Assembly: GCA_963665615.2 (NCBI GenBank)
Contig: CAXXQE010000001.1
Span: 265,151 to 329,150, forward strand
Direction of reading: 5' to 3'
Length of the DNA: 64,000 nt
Origin: Syntrophales bacterium
GTDB lineage: Bacteria; Desulfobacterota; Syntrophia; Syntrophales; UBA4778
The position numbers and the translations under genes were made by a program. The first letter of the stretch is position 1, and the number at the start of each line of letters is the position of its first letter. Of the stretch, positions 60,473 to 64,000 are shown one piece after another. The notes below the pieces were generated by a model, which worked only from the letters and a program-made list of their open reading frames with translations, was not told the origin of the DNA and made no database searches.

Positions 60473-61108
60473 CTATTTGTAGGGCTCGCTTTTAAAGGGG
60501 TCGTTCTTCCGTTGAAAACAGTCTTCGATTTCCGACGGCAGGGCCAGGTAAAAAAAGATGTCTTTCCCGAAGGGAAGGGCTTTCTCCAACTCCTCGATGA
60601 CGAAGAAATCCGGTTCGGCCATGGCGACCTTGACGATGTTCGGCGTGTTCAACACGACGACGATCTTGTTGTGGTAGGTATACTTCTCTCCAAATGCCTT
60701 CTGATATTCCGTAGAGATCTGAAAATGCTCAAGCGAGACCACCGGCATGCTGAAGTGGATGGACAGGGCCTTCATGTAATTCTTCATGTTGATAAAGCCC
60801 AGTTCGACCAGTAGTGCGCCCACCGGTTTGCGTACGCCAAATTGTGTGCGGAGGCGTTTCTGTTCAGACAGGATTTTCGCGAGTTGGTCTTTGTTGATGA
60901 TTTCGAGATCAATGAGGATCTCTCCGAGCGCCTTCCGTTTGTGGCTGTAATAGAGGGCCTTGATAATCTTGATTTGCGGGACGCCCATTTCGCAGAGGAC
61001 TTCACCAAGGTATTTTTCGGGCTGGACTTTTTGCACTTGCAGTGCGGCATCAAGCTGCGCCTGCGTGATGATCTTTTTTTCGAGTAGAACTTGCCCTATT
61101 GGTATCAT
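60473..61108 (-). CDS. Stand-alone MshEN/GspE N-terminal domain protein
   Basis: Repeated IGQVLLEKKIIT/LGEVL/LGEILIDLEII/VGALLVELGFI motifs, VAMAEP; no ATPase domain. Confidence 0.8.
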   Translation of the reverse strand: MIPIGQVLLEKKIITQAQLDAALQVQKVQPEKYLGEVLCEMGVPQIKIIKALYYSHKRKALGEILIDLEIINKDQLAKILSEQKRLRTQFGVRKPVGALLVELGFINMKNYMKALSIHFSMPVVSLEHFQISTEYQKAFGEKYTYHNKIVVVLNTPNIVKVAMAEPDFFVIEELEKALPFGKDIFFYLALPSEIEDCFQRKNDPFKSEPYK

Positions 61109-61259
61109 CTTCCGCTCCTTTTTTTCTTATGAACGACATTCAGAAAAATGTCAACATTGATTCTCTAAATTACTTTACAAGCCGTCTAAATATCTGTAAA
61201 AAATACTCACGACTATCATAAGAACCGCAGCATTAATGATTTTGAGAGGAGGACGTACC

Positions 61260-61706
61260 ATGCTGAAAGAGTTTAAGGCATTTGCAATGCGGGGCAATGT
61301 TGTTGACATGGCCATCGGTATCATCATCGGCGCGGCCTTTGGCACGATCGTCAAATCGCTTGTCGACGATATCCTCATGCCGCCGATCGGTCTGTTGTTA
61401 GGCAACGTGGATTTCTCCGATTTCTTTCTGACCATGAAGGCGGGAAAGGTTGCCGGTCCGTATCTCACTCTTGCACAGGCAAAGGCCGCCGGTGCTGTCA
61501 CACTCAATATCGGTCTGTTCATCAACACGATCGTCAGTTTTCTGATCGTTGCCTTTGCCGTCTTTCTCTTAATCAAACAACTCAATCGTTTCATGTCGCA
61601 ACCGGAACCCCCCGCGGCTGTGCCTGCAAAGACCTGCCCCTATTGTCTGTCATCGGTTCCCGAAGGCGCGACGCGATGTCCCTTTTGCACCTCTGAATTG
61701 AAGTAA
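61260..61706 (+). CDS. mscL: Large-conductance mechanosensitive channel with C-terminal zinc ribbon
   Basis: [28 protein letters not shown]...CPFC tail. Confidence 0.96.
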   Translation: MLKEFKAFAMRGNVVDMAIGIIIGAAFGTIVKSLVDDILMPPIGLLLGNVDFSDFFLTMKAGKVAGPYLTLAQAKAAGAVTLNIGLFINTIVSFLIVAFAVFLLIKQLNRFMSQPEPPAAVPAKTCPYCLSSVPEGATRCPFCTSELK

Positions 61707-61830
61707 CTGTAAGGCGTCCTGTACCTTCTCGGAGACAAGGCCATTGCTTCATGTAAAGTCCCCGGCGCGTATCCGACAACGATGACGCCGGGGATCTTCA
61801 GAAGGTCATGAAGGTTGTGTAAGAGGCCAT

Positions 61831-63003
61831 TTATTTGAAATCGTCAGTGAGCGGAAGGATCTGCTCTGGATCGACGATTTTTTGCGTTGCGCCAATGGCC
61901 TTGACTTTTTTTGCCGGCAGGGCTTTATGTGCTGCACTGCTACTTCCGCTGCTTCTTGAAGCGGAGATGCGCTGGTCCGTTTTAAAGACGGATACGATCG
62001 TTGACAGCTTCTCGGCATTCCCTGCATTCTGCTGCGTGGTGGAATTCATGGCGGCAATGGTCGTATTGACTTGATCGATTCCCTGCGCCTGTTCCTGCGA
62101 GGCGGCGGCAATTTCTCCCATCAGTTCGACGACCTTGTCGGAGCTGCCCCTGACTTGCGTAAAGGCGGAACTGGTTACACTCACAAGGCTATCGCCCGTC
62201 TTGACTTTCTGGACGATATCTTCGATTAGATTGGACGAATTGCGAGCCGATTCTGTGGCGCGCATGGCCAGGTTGCGGACTTCGTCGGCGACGACTGCAA
62301 ATCCGGCGCCTGCCTCGCCGGCCCGGGCCGCTTCAACGGCCGCATTCAAGGCGAGCAGATTGGTCTGGAAGGCAATTTCGTCAATCGACTTGACGATCTT
62401 CTGAGTCTGTTCGCTGGCGCCTGCGATCTCTTTCATGCTCTGGGTCAGTTCGTTCATGGACTCGTCGGCCTTTTCGATGGCCTGTTTCGCCGAGATCATC
62501 AACTGGTTGGCTTCACGGGTGTTCGAGGCGTTCTGACGGGTCATGGATGCAATCTCATCCAGGGAGGCGGAGGTTTCTTCAATGGATGCCGCTTCGCCTG
62601 ATGCCGAGTCGGCGAGAAATTCGGAGATGCTGTGCGCTTGACCGATCGCGTATCCCATTTTTTCGCACATCGTATTGACCGACCGTATCAGTTCGCCGAA
62701 TTCGTCATGAGATGAGACTGAAATGCGCTGGGTCAGATCTCCCTGCGCGGCCCTCTGGGTCATGGCGATGATCTGTCTGACCGGCTTGGCGACCAGGCGT
62801 GTCAGAAAAAAATTGGCAATAAAAGAAAAGATCATTGCCGCAACGGCGAAAATTACAATGGTCGTTTTAAGGCTTTCCACGCTGTTTAGTGAGCCACTCA
62901 ACACGAGAATAACGCCGCTTAACAGAATCAACGAGATGACTACCGGTGTCAGCAGCATTTTTGTGGCCAGTTTCATATTCCCCCAGAACTCCATGATATG
63001 CAT
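61831..63003 (-). CDS. Methyl-accepting chemotaxis protein (2 TM, HAMP)
   Basis: [37 protein letters not shown]. Confidence 0.96.
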   Translation of the reverse strand: MHIMEFWGNMKLATKMLLTPVVISLILLSGVILVLSGSLNSVESLKTTIVIFAVAAMIFSFIANFFLTRLVAKPVRQIIAMTQRAAQGDLTQRISVSSHDEFGELIRSVNTMCEKMGYAIGQAHSISEFLADSASGEAASIEETSASLDEIASMTRQNASNTREANQLMISAKQAIEKADESMNELTQSMKEIAGASEQTQKIVKSIDEIAFQTNLLALNAAVEAARAGEAGAGFAVVADEVRNLAMRATESARNSSNLIEDIVQKVKTGDSLVSVTSSAFTQVRGSSDKVVELMGEIAAASQEQAQGIDQVNTTIAAMNSTTQQNAGNAEKLSTIVSVFKTDQRISASRSSGSSSAAHKALPAKKVKAIGATQKIVDPEQILPLTDDFK

Positions 63004-63865
63004 CCTCCCTTTTGAGTTGAATTCTTCAGAAAGCGCTTACCCTGTGGCTTGTCGCGGCGTAAGCGAGGAAATCGCGACGGAATATCTTCCTTGGAGCTTG
63101 CTCCAGTGAGTCTTCAATTCGTTGGTACAGGCTTTGCCGTCTTGTTTTGGGTCTTCAGCGAGCGAATCATCTTCACTTCAATGATCAATCCATAACGAGC
63201 AACAGATTAATCAGAAGCAACAGCTTAATAATCGGCAGCGAAGCGGTTAAACTTTAGCTGATGGTACAATGGTTTTTATTTGATAAGTAACTGTTTTTAA
63301 ATAAAAAGCGGAAGAATTCTGATGCAGGTCTGGCACTTTTTGGCCCGCTGTTGCCGTTTTATTTTTTAAAGCGGCCCGGCATCGTTAAAAGGGTTAAATC
63401 TTGATTCCAGTCGGGCCCCCTTTAACAAGCACATGCCTCGCAATTTGCTGCTGCGTCAGAGAGCGAATCAGGTCTTTGCGGACCAGTCTGAGCCTCCTCA
63501 TGCAGCTGTATTTCGGATAATAGATGACACTAAATGTCAAAAAAATGACAGAGACGCTGGCTGCGTTATCACAACTCTTGGTTTTGGTTAAAGATCGATT
63601 TCTGTAAGAATGGCCGAACGGGTACTGGGAAGCATAAAGCCAGATTCGCAGGTAATCCGTCATCGGCAAGCAGTGCAGAAGGGTTTGGACTTATTCCAGA
63701 GAGTCTTAAATCACCCTAATGGGTAAATCCTGTCTTGCCGCCATTTCTAAAAAAGGATTTCTCAATTTTCGGCATGAATTTTGTATATTTAGGTTGTGAA
63801 AAAAACGATTGGGGCACGCTCCGTTTTCCCATCGTCTTATTTTTGATAAACGTACTGGGGTGTTT

Positions 63866-64000
63866 ATGGCTCAGGATGCCAGTGTAAAAATTATTCGCAA
63901 GATCAATGAGGCAAAAAAAGAGCTAAGCGGAAAAAATGTTCCGGGCTGTCTCTTGCATTTCAGGACGGCCTTAGAAATTGCGACACAAGATAACATCTTG
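63866..64000 (+). CDS. Hypothetical protein, 3'-truncated by window edge
   Basis: GGGG RBS-like site, ATG, open to the end (MAQDASVKII...). Confidence 0.5.
   Translation, partial: MAQDASVKIIRKINEAKKELSGKNVPGCLLHFRTALEIATQDNIL

Noticed and set aside
63004..63860. c-di-GMP riboswitch or sigma54 promoters in the long intergenic region
   Set aside because: GGCAAAGCC lacks the rest of the motif; TGGCAC at 63331 has wrong spacing; the site at 63770 has GT rather than GC at -12

Overview
Bacterial chromosomal DNA whose gene content suggests an anaerobic deltaproteobacterium, probably Syntrophales-like (inference). The housekeeping backbone includes rplS, rnhB, pcm/nlpD, carD, ispDF, gltX, an acyl-CoA carboxyltransferase, pgk, truA, rfbD, aguBA, mutL, miaA, valS, nadC, birA, coaX and mscL. 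There is also an MSHA-like type IV pilus/secretion cluster (47.3-58.4 kb), an ECF sigma/anti-sigma/PEP-CTERM/VIT-vWA locus, a two-component pair and an MCP. Three observations stand out. (1) An integrase-less integron cassette array (28.75-32.16 kb, minus strand) has five attC sites and an attI-like junction, and three of its five cassettes encode nuclease-fold proteins. (2) A cofactor-independent phosphoglycerate mutase homolog is cleanly circularly permuted. (3) A ~195-bp repeat family with terminal inverted repeats has a long internal stem that covaries between copies, and each copy sits in or next to heptamer tandem repeats. Several other small palindromic elements are present. Frameshifts in conserved genes most likely reflect sequencing or assembly indels. 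No rRNA, tRNA, CRISPR array, integrase or transposase was recognised.
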